Of a stretch of 64,000 nucleotides of DNA, positions 1 through 12,528 are shown one piece after another. The first letter of the stretch is position 1; each line of letters opens with the position of its first letter. The translations under genes were made by a program, and so were the position numbers. The notes under the pieces are model-generated. The model was given only the letters and a program-made list of their open reading frames with translations, did not search any database and had not been told where the DNA came from. This DNA comes from Massalongia carnosa (lineage: Eukaryota), in the NCBI GenBank assembly GCA_965645245.1, contig OZ287074.1, positions 372,001-436,000 on the forward strand, given 5' to 3'.

Positions 1-721
1 CCTTATGATCGAAGCCAAGGATAAAGAGCAAGCGGTGTTTGAACTCATGCGAACGTTCAGGCTCCCAGGTTTTGATAGTTTTAACGACATCATTCCGCAT
101 GTTCGAAAAGATGACAACAAGCCCGTAAAGCTAGCAAAGAAGGAAACACCTCGAAAAAAGGCCAAGAAAGCCCAGGCTAGGGACGAAGATCTCGAGATGG
201 TGGATGAAATTATGAATGCTGAAGAAGATCGTGTCCAGGCTGAGATTGCGGACGAAGATGTTGGAATGGGGGGCCCTGACGGACGGGTTTACTGGCCACC
301 TAGCATGGAGCACTGGCTACGACCTGTGAAGAAGGTGTTGAAGCCCAAGAATCCAGGTCGTCTTGATGAGAAGGAGAAAGCCACGCCAGCAAAGAAGCGA
401 AAAGCTGGGGCAGATCCCACAGAAGCAACGGCGAAACTCGAAGACGAAGCCCGTCAAAATACTGATCCGATCGCAGCGGCTGCCCCACCCACGCCGGCGA
501 AAAGATCAAAAACCATGACCAAGGCTAATGCCAAGAAAGCAGCACCTTCGAAAAAGGCTGCTAAAAGTGTACTCGCGCCGTCGGCCTCTGATCATGAGAT
601 GTTTGATCCCTATCTCGATGGCTCGAAGGAGCCAGCTCCAATTTTGGCACCAGTCAAGCCACCGGTTCGAAAGAGCGCGAGAGCCAAGAAAATCAGCCAT
701 GCAACGAATAAAGAGTTATGA
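1..721 (+). CDS. uve1: UV-damage endonuclease (UVDE), 3' part only; gene begins upstream of the window
   Basis: ORF begins with MIEAKDKEQAVFELMRTF, which I recognise as the end of the fungal UVDE catalytic barrel, followed by a Lys/Ala-rich low-complexity tail; stop TGA at 719-721. Confidence 0.8.
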   Translation, partial: LMIEAKDKEQAVFELMRTFRLPGFDSFNDIIPHVRKDDNKPVKLAKKETPRKKAKKAQARDEDLEMVDEIMNAEEDRVQAEIADEDVGMGGPDGRVYWPPSMEHWLRPVKKVLKPKNPGRLDEKEKATPAKKRKAGADPTEATAKLEDEARQNTDPIAAAAPPTPAKRSKTMTKANAKKAAPSKKAAKSVLAPSASDHEMFDPYLDGSKEPAPILAPVKPPVRKSARAKKISHATNKEL

Positions 722-1296
722 CGATTAAGAACACCATGGGCTGATGCCACGAGAATGATGTATGGTTGGCTCATTCAGTTTGAAAAAGACATAGTACCTA
801 TATTACAGGTCGACAGGTATCAGCCGGAAGTTTTGCTTTGCAAGGTCATCCAGTACAAGTGCTACCGAGGGTGCATTTCTGCCCTAAGGTGCTTACTTAG
901 CCAGCGAATGACGTCGGAGGGAAACCTTTCGGCTACCTTAGCGTCGCTAGCTCTTCAAAAAGCTTGGCATGATGCCTGTCATACTGATCATCTTTGGCGA
1001 CAAACGGCTAAGTAGGTTTGGAATTACGCCTCGTTCTTTCGCGAGGCGTGCCATATGTGGCAGCCCATTGGGCATTGGGTGCATATTGTGGACTACTCAC
1101 ATGGTTGGTCTGGTTCTGGTAACTGTTAGTCTGGCTTTGAGCGATAAATCATCAACAAGATATGTAGCGGGGCTTTCTCAATACTTCTTTTGTTTGCACA
1201 CACAACTGAAAGTATTATTCGATTGTATTATTCTGTTCTGCTTATAAGTTGGCTGCGTTGTTACGACCAGGGTGATATTTATCGCAACTATCGAAT

Positions 1297-3730
1297 ATGG
1301 TGTCTCAACATGTCGTGGAACTATGCCACAGCTCTGCTACCGTGAGCTCAGAGCTGGCCAAACACCCTACAGCTTCGCCTGGAAGTATAGCTAAAACGCT
1401 GTATCACGGTGGCCAAACAGGCCATGTAGGACCTGAGCCACTCAGCAACCGAGTAGTGGATGAGGAGGATTTGGAGAAGGCATTCAGCTGTGGCAAATGG
1501 GGCAATTCTCGGCCTAGTGATCTCTTCTTGAGGGCAAGATCGCTAAATCTTTCGATATGGGTGCGATTCTAAAGAGTTTCACATTCAGATCTATCATGAT
1601 GTTCTATGTACTCTCGAACATGATCCTATGGCGAGCATGACTTCACCACCCTTGATAGGTACCTGTGGCACTGTACCACTGACTATCATTGCACCTTTGC
1701 CCGATATTTGCCGTCACATGTCAAACTGTATTGCCCGGGCCGAAAAGGAGGTTTTGTTGGCCACAAACTACTGGCAATCTTCGGATGCGTCTACATTGAT
1801 CACCAACTCCCTCAAAGAGCTCTCACGTCGTGCTGGAAATCGAGGAGATAGAGCAGTTGTGAAAATCATATTCGATCGAGGAAATCCCAAGCAAGTCAGT
1901 ATATGAGACTCATTCCAAACCAAGCTAATATGCCAGATTTTTGATAACCATCAAATCATCTCACCCGAGGAGTATACCGGAAAGGTAATTCTTTCCAAAC
2001 TAAGCCATTCATACAACTAAAGTGGAACTTTCATAGAATATTCGATTACCATCTCCTGCCGAGCTCCCTTATGTGGACCTACAAGTCATGAATTACCATC
2101 GTCCTATCTTTGGTACCTTTCATTGCAAGTTCATGGTCGTGGATAGAAAGATAGCCATCATTCAAAGTAACAATATCCAAGTACCTAACATAACCAACTG
2201 TTCGCTTGCTGGAAAACAGAACTAATTTTTTTCAGGATAATGACAACCTTGAGATGATGACCCATCTTGAAGGCCCAGTCGTCAATGCGTTTTATGACAT
2301 GTGGTTAAACTCGTGGCACAAGGTTCTGGAACCATTAGCGCCGACCCTTAATATACATGCGGACCCTATAGTTCCTCGGCCATCAAGTTTGGACCAATCC
2401 GATGACAAGAGCAGTTCTTCACCTATAACAGAGGTGGGAATGACCAGTTTTCCCAAGGGGGTCTTCCATCAGAGTGGGTCTGAAGATTTAGCCAAGGAAA
2501 CTTCATATCCTAGTGCCGAAACTCTTCCGGAGCATACAGCAAAGGACCCTCACTATGATGTTGATATTGCTTCTGAAGTACTCCGAGCTCAATCGGTGCT
2601 GGAAAAAAGAGGTAAAGAGAGTAGGATAAATGCTGTGACGAGACACCTAAGTACGTATAGCAATTATCTGCGCATGTCATAAGCAATGATACATAAGAAC
2701 AGATACAACAATCCAACCAGAGACGCAAGGTAATGCGCCTGAAGTGGGTCTGGAGGAGCAGATGACACCTTTGATCGCTCACGATTCACACGAACCCGTG
2801 CCAATGGCCCTTGTATGTCGCAAACCGTGGGGAGGTGATCTTGAAGCCCTATCAAGTTTGTAAACCCAAACGGCTAATTTATCTCAAGCACCAAACCATT
2901 CGAGTCGTTACGTGCCTCAGAACGAAGCCTTCCTTTCAGCTTTCCGAAATGCCCAAAAAAGTATCTTCATCCAAACACCAAATTTGAACGCCGAGCCATT
3001 ATTGCCCGCAATCCTTGACGCAGTTCGCCGTGGTGTTGACGTTACGTACTATGTGTGCCTTGGATATAATGACTCGGTATGCCCAAAGCATTTCCATAGT
3101 AATCTTGAAAAACCTCCCCTCCCTGCCCAATAGGAGACGCCGAGTTAACTAATTCATTCACACTTTAGGGGGAGCTACTTCCATTTCAGGGTGGCACAAA
3201 CGAGGTGGTTGCCAATAAGCTTTACAACAGTCTGGCAGAAGAGCACAAGCAGCACCTCCACATTTTCAATTACGTCGCCAAAGACCAAATACAGCCCATT
3301 CATAACAGCTTGAAGCAGCGTAGCTGCCATAGTACGTAAGCCCCATAATGATTAATTGTCTTATTGAGCCGCAGAAAGTGTTGTTTATTGTCAGTATGTT
3401 GTTAAAGCTAACAACATAGTTAAACTACTAATCGCCGATTCCCACCTCGCCATCCAAGGTAACGGGAACCAGGACACACAATCCTACTTTCACTCGCAAG
3501 AGGCGAACATTATGATTGACTCCGCTGCTATCTGTGCTGCATGGGAGGAGGGACTTCGCCGCAACCAGAACACACATCTTTACGGCGCCGTGAGTAAAGT
3601 TGACGGGTGTTGGAAGGATAACGAGGGAAAGATGGTGGAGGGAGCGTTGGGGTTGAATACGGGAAGATTTGGTATGCTTAAAGGGGCCCTGGGAGCGGTG
3701 AAGAGGGTCAGGGGGTCAGGGGGATTTTGA
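1297..3730 (+). CDS. Phospholipase D/nuclease-superfamily protein with two HKD motifs, multi-exon
   Basis: Spliced exons give HCKFMVVD...SNNIQ (about 2120-2180) and HIKLLIAD...GNGNQD (about 3328-3475), two HxKxxxxD motifs. ORF pieces at 1297, 1628, 2206, 2912 and 3512 are joined by short introns with CTAAC-like branch sites. Confidence 0.8.
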
Positions 3731-6700
3731 CGTTATGGGATGGTAAGCTAAATTAGTCCTGGGATTGTTGTCTTAACAGACTCCGTATGAAATTTTGCCT
3801 TAAACTATGCGGTTGAAATAATAATCCAGGTCGCCGAACCTATTCATTAGACATTTTAAGTAGGTCTGATCTTTCTCCCACCGAAAACCGAAAATTTCCT
3901 CCCATCCAACCCAACTTGAAAGTATGGTAGAGAAGCCTTCCTCTTTGGCGTTTTCATCCTCCTTCTCTCCTCCCAGTCCCCTGCATCCCACTCGCTCCAC
4001 CATATCGACTGTGCAACCCTTAGCCTCCCCCTCCTCGCCCGCAAATCCTCTAACCTTCGCCTTGCCACCCTTGTCTACTACCATCCTCCTACACCTTGAA
4101 GGCACGCTATTGAATCCGCCTTGCCGCCCTAAATGTCTACCACTTTATCGCCGTCACCCTTCCCCAGGGGCACTAGTGGCATCGGCGGAGGCATAGAAGC
4201 GCAAGACTGGATCAGCTCCATCAAACTCATCGGCTCCCTTACAAATCAAGAATGGTCCTTCCCCTTTGCCCTCATCTCTTCAGGGCCCCAGAGCGTTAGA
4301 TCATAGACAAGTAGATGGAAAAAATATATAAAATCTGCAATCTCCTTTGCTACCCACCATTTCGTCTCTAGGGCCCAATCACCGGCATTATATTAAAGAG
4401 GATGGATGGATGAAAGCTATATGATTTGTGAGTCAAAGTTTTTTTGGAAGAATCCACCCCTTATTTGTTGTTCAACTGACTCTCTTCAAGATACTAGTCC
4501 GTATTCATGACGGGCAGTTTGACGGAGTATGTCTGCCAGGATAAGAACTGTGATCACTGCACTACATTTCCTGCCGAAACCCAATCCACAATCCACTTGC
4601 CAAAATTGCCCAGCTAAAAATAGCATGGAGACTCTTCCCTATACAGCGAGAAACTCAACGACAACAAAAATCAAGATTTTGCCCTTAAGCCCTATTCTTC
4701 CATCTTATCATGCGCTTGGTGTACTCCAGAGTGCCTAGAAAGCCGCTCACACCTGCCATACGCCTATGCTGAACACCGTTGACCAATGTTGTGCACGCCA
4801 GCAACGCCTCCTGAAGTCTGTATTGAGGTAAGTTTTCATAAATAAAGCATTTGTGCCTGTACACAAACTCAGCCCAGGCCGACCCTAAAGACGACTCTCA
4901 GATCAAAGGAGAAAAAGTACCTACGTAGAGACGATAATCAAAAGGTGCAAAGCTCGCCCACAGAACTTGGCTGATGATGCGTGTAATATTACGGTTCATC
5001 GCCGAGGGTGGGAACTGGAAATAGAGTGGTAGTCGTGGTGCGCGTACGAGTGATCGAGATTGTAGTCGTAGGTAGATGGTTGGAGGTTTGGTATGAAAGG
5101 GTGCGTGAGAGATAGAGGGAGATGTTGGAGGCTGAGGAGGGAGGATGGTCAAGGATAAGGGGTGAGGTAGGGTAGTTATGACTGGCTGGATAGGCGGCTG
5201 GGTTTTTGAATGCAGTCGTGTTTTTATGGTAAGGGTGGAGAATGAAAGGTGGTTTGCCGTTTGGTGGAATTACAATGGTAGAAGTAGCTGGGGAGAACAG
5301 AGATAGTAGGAGAAGGGGTATCTTCATGGTTAGGGCTATGGTACTTCATGTATGTTTAGCACAGCATGAACGGGTTCACGGTTTTTGAAGGTGGGATCTG
5401 AACGGATATTTGATCAGCTATGTAGTTCAAAAATATAATTCAAAATGTAAACAATGAGGCACGTGTTTGGAATGTAGGATGTAGCAGCTGCTCCCTTGCT
5501 TGTTCCTGACCTTTGCACTTCAACGAGAAAGCCATCATCATCTTTATCCAACCACGTACTCAAATTCCCAAGGTGCAGAATGTCCAAGTTTATTCCGGAG
5601 TCAACCTAACCAAGGTATGGACTCTGTGAATTACGCGTAAACCTGTCGCATTGAGAGGATTTTTCGTGAGCATGAGGTTACCATGTCATTCTCGAACAAT
5701 GTATTGCGATGATGTTTGGAGATTTCTCTTGGATATTGACTTGACTGGGTTGATCTGAAGCCAAATCCAAGATACGAGTAGATGCGCAGGGTTTGGTTAA
5801 ACATCTGATATCCTCATGCTATTGGCCTTCGGAAATCTTCTGAGTTTTTTCTTGGTCTACCCAGGGCTAGATTAGGAACACAAATCTTTCAACGTGATAC
5901 ATCAGAGACAGCTCGCTAATCCGATAGATGTTTGTCCTGATCCAAATAACTCCAACAATGAATGCAAATACGAAGGAGTGACAGTATTGATATCTACATG
6001 ACCAGACAAGAACGGAAGCTTCATACGCATAAAGTTATGCTTCAGATACATTCATGACAGTGAAGATACAGTGAATAATAAGAGACGTTGAAGACATGGT
6101 CTTATAGGTATGCATCCACATCTCATAGGCTTGGAAAAAAGCCTAGGTAGTCCTAGGCTTCAGTGCTGCATCTTAAATTGGCTGTAAGTATAGGGAATAA
6201 TTTCCTTGAATGGGAATATCAGAGTCTGATCCAGAAAGCTCAGCGCTCTGGCTTCTGGTCGTGCAGTCTAAGCGCAGATAGAACTCTGAACGCTTCAAGA
6301 GAGGTAAACGTAGAGGTCGCTTGACAATGATTGATTTCTTCGCTGCTAGTCATTGCTGGTATGTATGTTATATGTGCGAGCGGATTTGGCAGTGGATGAA
6401 CTTTCATTTTCCTACACGTCACAGGGCTGACTTCACCACTTCCCCACGCCACTTGCCTCTCCTCTGTATTATATCTTGTTCACTGTAACTAACGACTAAT
6501 ACTGGCTCATAATTATCATATAAACATTATTCGTTTGATAGACTTTTACCTCATACAATACGTCGGTCACCTCTGCTTGCTTGCCATTCGTTCATTCATC
6601 CAGCTCTTGATCGCATGATGGGAACATAAAAGCAAGGCTCGTGAACATTGAACAAGAAACTGACCTAAGCTGGCTCCTCCGATCCCTCGGCTCAATTCTT

Positions 6701-6960
6701 CTTTTTCCTTCTTCCGTTACCTCTTTTCCCACACCCGTCAACGAGCCCGAGCACGATTTTCGGCCTTTAGGCACGATACGCTTTCCTACTATCGGTATCG
6801 TGCCCAATCGCAATTATATAAATTTCTCGTTGAGAATCAAGTCAGACGCAAGCAACGCAGAGAGGCTGGAAAGACAATACTTGGCCATCTCAGAAGGCGA
6901 AGGAGAACATTGTTGAATCTTCCACGGTCAAATGATGCGGCACCGGTGAAGACAACCGGA

Positions 6961-9654
6961 ATGTCCTTTCAACCCGATCTGGCAAATGCCGGGAGCGGTA
7001 GCAGCAGCCATGGAATGTCCCATGAGAGTGGTTCGCGACGAAGGAAGTTCGCTGGATATCTCAAAGCTGCAAACGACCTCCGTCAGTCATACCAACAATC
7101 CTATGGTCTGGGAGGTCAAAATGATGGTCAGACGAGTGAAGACGGTTCAGGCATGCCTGGGGAATTTCCAGACTTAGCGCTTGTGCGGCACGGCGATGAA
7201 GAGATGGTACTTTTCCCAAGCTATGCGAAGCTTCATCATGCAACAAAGGATCGTCCGCCGGGAGTACCTGGAGCATCTCAAGATATACGCGGTAGCGAAA
7301 AGTCGGGAGACTTGGATTACTGGAACAAGGAGTGGGAGAAATACGAGGAAAACACTTCGGTGGTGGATGTAGATGTGAGGGGTTGGGTCTATGCTCCGCA
7401 CAGAGGCCCGATGACTCGCAAAAACAAAATACTTGTAGGACTTGCAAGACATCTGAGCGGCGTACCAGCTCCGTTGAATGGCAACCGTAGCAGAGCATCT
7501 AGCCCGTCAGCCACACATCATGAAAGGGTCAAGGCTCGCGCAGCCAAGCATGATGAAGAACTAATGGAGCAGGAGGCCGAGGCCATCATGAGAAGAGGAG
7601 AAAACGAAGCAAATATTGCTGAGCGAGGAGGCTACAGCGAAGGACCTAGTCGTGTCTCTAACAGATCGGGCGATTATGAATTATCCCTTCATAGCCGTAC
7701 GCCTTCGCTAGGAAGAAAAGATCCCATACCAGGTCAACTCTCGCATGGGCCAACCAACGTGTCCTTTCGGAGTAATCAAGACGATGCACTTGGTCCAGGA
7801 TCCCTGGAGAAACGAGCTTCATGGAACCATCCCTCTGATATGAGCCCGGCTGAGCTGGCTGTTGCCAATGTAAACTTAATGGCAAGGCTGAGGCCTTTTC
7901 TGACGACTCCGCTCGTGGGTATACCGGTAACAATATTTTTTTACAACAACGACTCGTCTAAATCTCGCACTGTACTTACTGATGAGTCTGGGCACTTCTC
8001 TCTGCGTGCAGCGTTGGATTTTGTGCCTACAAATGTTCGTGTGCTTGCCTCCGAACAGCTATCAGCTACCGAAGAAGTTCGGATTACGGAGTCAACAGGT
8101 GTCAGCGTGATTAGTGATATCGATGATACCATCAAACACTCCGCGATTGGTGGTGGTGCCAAGGAAATATTTCGCAATGCCTTCATTCGAGAGCTGAGAG
8201 ATCTGTATATTGAAGGGGTCAAAGATTGGTACATGAAAATGGCCGAGCTTGGCGTTAATTTTCACTATGTCTCAAATTCACCTTGGCAGCTGTACCCAGT
8301 ACTTGTAGCATTTTTTACAGGAGCCGGTTTACCAAAAGGCTCTTTTCATTTAAAACAATATAGTGGCATGCTGCAAGGAATATTCGAGCCGGTGGCAGAA
8401 CGGAAGAAGGGAACTCTCGAAAAGATCCTGTGCGACTTTCCCAAACGGCGCTTCCTCCTTGTTGGCGACAGCGGTGAAGCGGATCTTGAGCTTTATACTG
8501 ACCTTGTTTTGGCCAACCCTAATCGAATTCTTGGTGTTTTTATCAGAGACGTTACCACCAGCGAACACCAGGGATTCTTCGATTCTTCGATGGGTGCGGT
8601 ACAGAGGGAGCGTTCTCAGACTTCGCTACGTGGAAGGCAGAAGGATGGTGGAAAGGTCTCGCCGAAAATAATCCTGGCTGACCCTGAGCAGCGACCAACT
8701 CTTCCTCCACGGCGGCAGACTCGATCCATAAGTGCTTTGGCATCAGACTCAAGAAGCTTTATGGCAGAAAAACCAACAAAGGTCGAGGGTGAATCATTAC
8801 CACGAATACATCGGTCAAAGACTGATGCCAATCTGGGAAAACCTGATCTCACCTTAACTTTCGGGTCTAAGCCTCCATCTCGTCCTACTAAGCCATTATC
8901 ATTACGATCTCGCTCTAGTGAACGCTCATCGGCGCCAGGTTCCAACATTCCCGGGAAATTGCCACCAACCCTGCCACCCAAACCACGACAATACATCACT
9001 TCTCAAGACTCTACCCAACCCATTGAGCCCAGTCCTCTCTCCCAAATACAGAACACCTCTTCACCCCGCACCCAAGAAACGTCGCTAGAACGGCAAAGTT
9101 ACCGCACCGCGGTAAAGAGCAAAGTAGCCTATGCCTACAACGCTCTGCCATCTTGGTACAGCACTCAACCTCAACCATCTCACCCAGCAGTGTCTCAGCC
9201 TGCTGCTCCAGAAAGCACTGTCCGTCAACCCATCCCTCCTTCCTCCTCTTCCACCACTGCCACTGCCGCGAACAGTAGCACCAAACCCCCCCTTCCGCCC
9301 TCAGTCCCTCCTCGACGTAACCTCTCCTCTTACCCAGCGGCCGCAGCTCACTATGCCACGAATCGGCTTAGCGGCGGCTGGAGCGGCTATAACAGCGCTG
9401 ATGCCGCCGCAGAGGACGTCAACGGGAATCCCACCAATCCCGCCGTGAGCAAGAAGGTAGATTTGTGGAACCGGCGCTGGGCGAGAGCCCAGGAGGTGTT
9501 TGAGCAACAAGGTGTACTATTGCGGAGCTGGAGGGTGGGAGGGGATGTTGTGAGGGATGCCTTGGCGCTGGTGGAGAAGGCGAAGAGGGAGGATCAAAGG
9601 AGTGGGCGGGACGAACACGGGGCTGGGAAGACGGGCGAGGGGAAGGTAAGGTAG
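6961..9654 (+). CDS. APP1: Phosphatidate phosphatase / actin patch protein App1 (DUF2183 family)
   Basis: Single long ORF with the HAD-like VISDIDDTIK (DxDxT) motif, FHYVSNSPWQLY and LVGDSGEADLE, then a Pro/Ser-rich C-terminus. First ATG at 6961 (the ORF track starts at a TTG). Confidence 0.9.
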   Translation: MSFQPDLANAGSGSSSHGMSHESGSRRRKFAGYLKAANDLRQSYQQSYGLGGQNDGQTSEDGSGMPGEFPDLALVRHGDEEMVLFPSYAKLHHATKDRPPGVPGASQDIRGSEKSGDLDYWNKEWEKYEENTSVVDVDVRGWVYAPHRGPMTRKNKILVGLARHLSGVPAPLNGNRSRASSPSATHHERVKARAAKHDEELMEQEAEAIMRRGENEANIAERGGYSEGPSRVSNRSGDYELSLHSRTPSLGRKDPIPGQLSHGPTNVSFRSNQDDALGPGSLEKRASWNHPSDMSPAELAVANVNLMARLRPFLTTPLVGIPVTIFFYNNDSSKSRTVLTDESGHFSLRAALDFVPTNVRVLASEQLSATEEVRITESTGVSVISDIDDTIKHSAIGGGAKEIFRNAFIRELRDLYIEGVKDWYMKMAELGVNFHYVSNSPWQLYPVLVAFFTGAGLPKGSFHLKQYSGMLQGIFEPVAERKKGTLEKILCDFPKRRFLLVGDSGEADLELYTDLVLANPNRILGVFIRDVTTSEHQGFFDSSMGAVQRERSQTSLRGRQKDGGKVSPKIILADPEQRPTLPPRRQTRSISALASDSRSFMAEKPTKVEGESLPRIHRSKTDANLGKPDLTLTFGSKPPSRPTKPLSLRSRSSERSSAPGSNIPGKLPPTLPPKPRQYITSQDSTQPIEPSPLSQIQNTSSPRTQETSLERQSYRTAVKSKVAYAYNALPSWYSTQPQPSHPAVSQPAAPESTVRQPIPPSSSSTTATAANSSTKPPLPPSVPPRRNLSSYPAAAAHYATNRLSGGWSGYNSADAAAEDVNGNPTNPAVSKKVDLWNRRWARAQEVFEQQGVLLRSWRVGGDVVRDALALVEKAKREDQRSGRDEHGAGKTGEGKVR

Positions 9655-10131
9655 GACATCAATGAGGACTACATGAGAAGGAGTAGTAAGGGGTTATCGT
9701 TAGCCAGTTCATGGTCGGATAGGCCGAGGAGTTTGGAGTGGAGCAATCATCGCATTTTCAACAGGGCTACGTGAGTGCTTGGGTTTGGATGGCAAATGCA
9801 TAGCGCATGGAGTTTTGCTGGGTCGCGGCCCGTATGTATCGATATAGTGGTTTTACAGCCTCACGAGAGGAGACATAGGATATGACAAGATCGATGGCTA
9901 CATCCGAAGCGCGAGGAGATATAGGAGGTGAACGTTGCTGTTAGCCGTGGTGACAATGTTTCCACGCTGATTGATAATGACCCTTGATGAAACGTCCCGA
10001 GTTTCTCCACCCACCCAATGTTTTCTACCTATTTCCGCGCTTTTCGCTTTTTGCCTGACAGCAGCTTTTCCTTGGTACACTCGTCTCATCCACTCCACGT
10101 ATGAATCCTCCATTCCAACCCGCCAACCTTC

Positions 10132-11732
10132 TCAAATCCCCTCCTCCCCATCCTGCGCCATCATGGCGCTTAACGGCCCTCTTTTAACCATCAGGCTCAT
10201 AACCTCAAATAGCGCGTCCGCGGCAGCCATAGTTGTCAGCTCGGCGTTGGTGTCGTACGCCGGCGCTACCTCGACGATGTCGGCCGCGACGAAATTGATG
10301 CCCTCCAGGCCGCGAAGGATGGTGCGGAGCTCGCGCGTGGACCAACCGCCTGTTTCGGGGGTGCCGGTTGCGGGCGCGACTGGAATGCGTCAGCGTGTTA
10401 CGATAAGGGGAGCGGCGGCGCAAGGCGTGTGGTTGTACATGATAAGAAGAGCAGGATTCGGCCAGACTTACAAGCGGGATCTAACGTGTCAATATCGATG
10501 CTCATATACACAGGGTTCGTCGTGCCGACTCGGTCCCTGATTCTTTGGATTATGCCTTTCGAGCCAATGGTGTCGATCTCGCGGGCCTCGACGATCTCGA
10601 AACCGCAATAGCCGTCATTGTCGTAGTCGCTAGGTCCGGACAGGGTCGTGCGGATGCCGGCATGAATGTTGGTATCGTTCGCGAGGAGCCCCTCTTCATG
10701 TGCGTGGAAGAAGTAGGTGCCATGGTTGACGGAGGCTTGTTTGCTCGGGGCGCCGCCAAAGACCTTGGGGCGCCAGGTGTCTCTTATGAGGGTTTAGAGG
10801 CGTTGAGAGTTGGGTATTTAACCGATAGCCCTTCGAAGCGAGCGACTTACAGATGGCTGTCAAAGTGGACGACACTGATTGGCCCATATGCTCGGTTCAC
10901 GCTCCTTAGGAGGGGAAGAGTGATGGTATGATCGCCTCCGAGCGTGATAACCCTTGGCAACGTCTTTCCGGCCGTGGAGGGACCTTTCTTCTTAGCGTCT
11001 GTTGCCGGGGCGCGGGCGAGAATGCTGTAATGACCCTCTTCGATCTGGCGAATTGCATACGCGTTGTCGTATCTAGGATGGATAAGACGTCACTTTCCCC
11101 AGCGCAAGCTCCCCAAACTTACGAAGTGACTGGAATATCCCCACAGTCCAAAACGGTGGCCCAGCTATTGAAGGGATTGGCGTCGAGGGGAACATTGTAT
11201 CCTCCACTAAGACAGTGGACGTGAGCACTTTGCCCCACCTGGAGTAAGCTTCTATCCACCTGAAGTGTGCGTACTAAAGATTGAGGCGACGAGAACCTTG
11301 CCTGATTCCCGAAGGGCCGAAACGCGCACCAGGTCTGTAGGATGTTCCCGTATCAAAGGGAGCACCTGAAAAGGGGGGTTAGCGGCCAACGTCAACACCC
11401 ACCGCCCTGGGCGCATTGGTACCAATGAAGGCAATGTCATATTTCTCCTCATCACTGGCGAGACATGGAAAATACGGCAGCCGGCCAAAGGTCGAAATGC
11501 CCGAGAAGACCGAATCCGCCTACAACGATTCAGTCAAGTACGCATTGCCCGTCGTCGTCGGCGAACCCCATACCTGCGTTCCGCCATCACCTGGTAACGC
11601 ATTGTACCACAAGCTCTTGTGGGGTCCAGCTATAGGCTTCTGGTCCTGATCCGCGTGAGCGAGAGTGGCGGTCACCCAACCGATCATAGACAGTAGACGG
11701 AGAAGCATGGCGGCTGTAAGTCGATATGCCAT
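10132..11732 (-). CDS. Agmatinase-like ureohydrolase (arginase family) with N-terminal hydrophobic leader, multi-exon
   Basis: Spliced minus-strand exons give [49 protein letters not shown] and [12 protein letters not shown], which carry the Mn-binding ureohydrolase ligands. Ends [12 protein letters not shown] at 10132. Confidence 0.9.
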
Positions 11733-12308
11733 TTCGGAAGCTGAAAATGGAGACCTTGAGAAAACACCGCGATGGGGGAGTGGCCGGATGCCAGAAAGAA
11801 AAGCGAAGGGCTCATCGTATGGGGCGAACCCCGGCCCTTCATTGTCGTCATTAGATCGAAAACGGGGCGGATGACGGTTTTCATGGGGGGTGGGGGGGGG
11901 AGGGGGAATGGGGAAGATGACATGTTGCGTTGGACAAAGGACGGAACGGAACGGAAGCAGCCGATTAGCTGGTCGATAGAGCGAGAGGGAAAAGAAAAAA
12001 CAGCCGGGGTCAAAGGACCGAAAGACCGAAAGACCAATGGACAAAAAAGGGAAAACGATGGACGAGACAATTGCCGTGATCGTGATCGTGATCACGATGG
12101 TGATGGGGAGTTTAAACGGTTCTGGGAATCGTATCATCAAGATCTCACGTTAGGGCAAGCACGCATTGCCCCAATGCCAAGATACCACAACAGGCAATCC
12201 AAACGCTTGGCCTTATCGGCCTTATCGGTCATATCGAGACGCAACACCAGTCCGTGGGGGAAATGTCCCCCGAAGGAGCAAAGGATATGGGATGACCACA
12301 TGATAGCG

Positions 12309-12436
12309 TGCCTGTATGCCCGTATCCCCGTATGCTTGTATGCCTGTATGCCTGTATGCCTGTATGCCTGTATGCCTGTATGCCTGTATGCCTGTATGCC
12401 TGTATGCCTGTATGCCTGTATGCCTGTATGCTTGTA
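12309..12436. repeat. 8-bp tandem repeat (TGCCTGTA)n, about 16 copies with a few degenerate ones
   Basis: Directly visible; it produces the spurious ACMPVCLY and HTGIQAYR ORFs. Confidence 0.95.
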
Positions 12437-12528
12437 GATAAGCTGTTCTGGCAACATCCCATGTCGTCTAATGCATTATATCGTCGTACGTACAAGCAAT
12501 TCCGCCTGCCCGGTGATTCGCGCTCCGG

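Noticed and set aside
6139..6160. Perfect 9-bp hairpin AAGCCTAGG-TAGT-CCTAGGCTT
   Set aside because: An isolated short palindrome with no associated element or second copy seen.
9971..11224. Long plus-strand ORFs overlapping the ureohydrolase, and similar antisense ORFs over MATE, UPF3 and ALDH
   Set aside because: Antisense shadows of GC-rich coding exons; the conserved motifs are on the opposite strand.
12309..12436. Tandem repeats considered as a CRISPR-like array
   Set aside because: No spacers, eukaryotic context and no cas genes.
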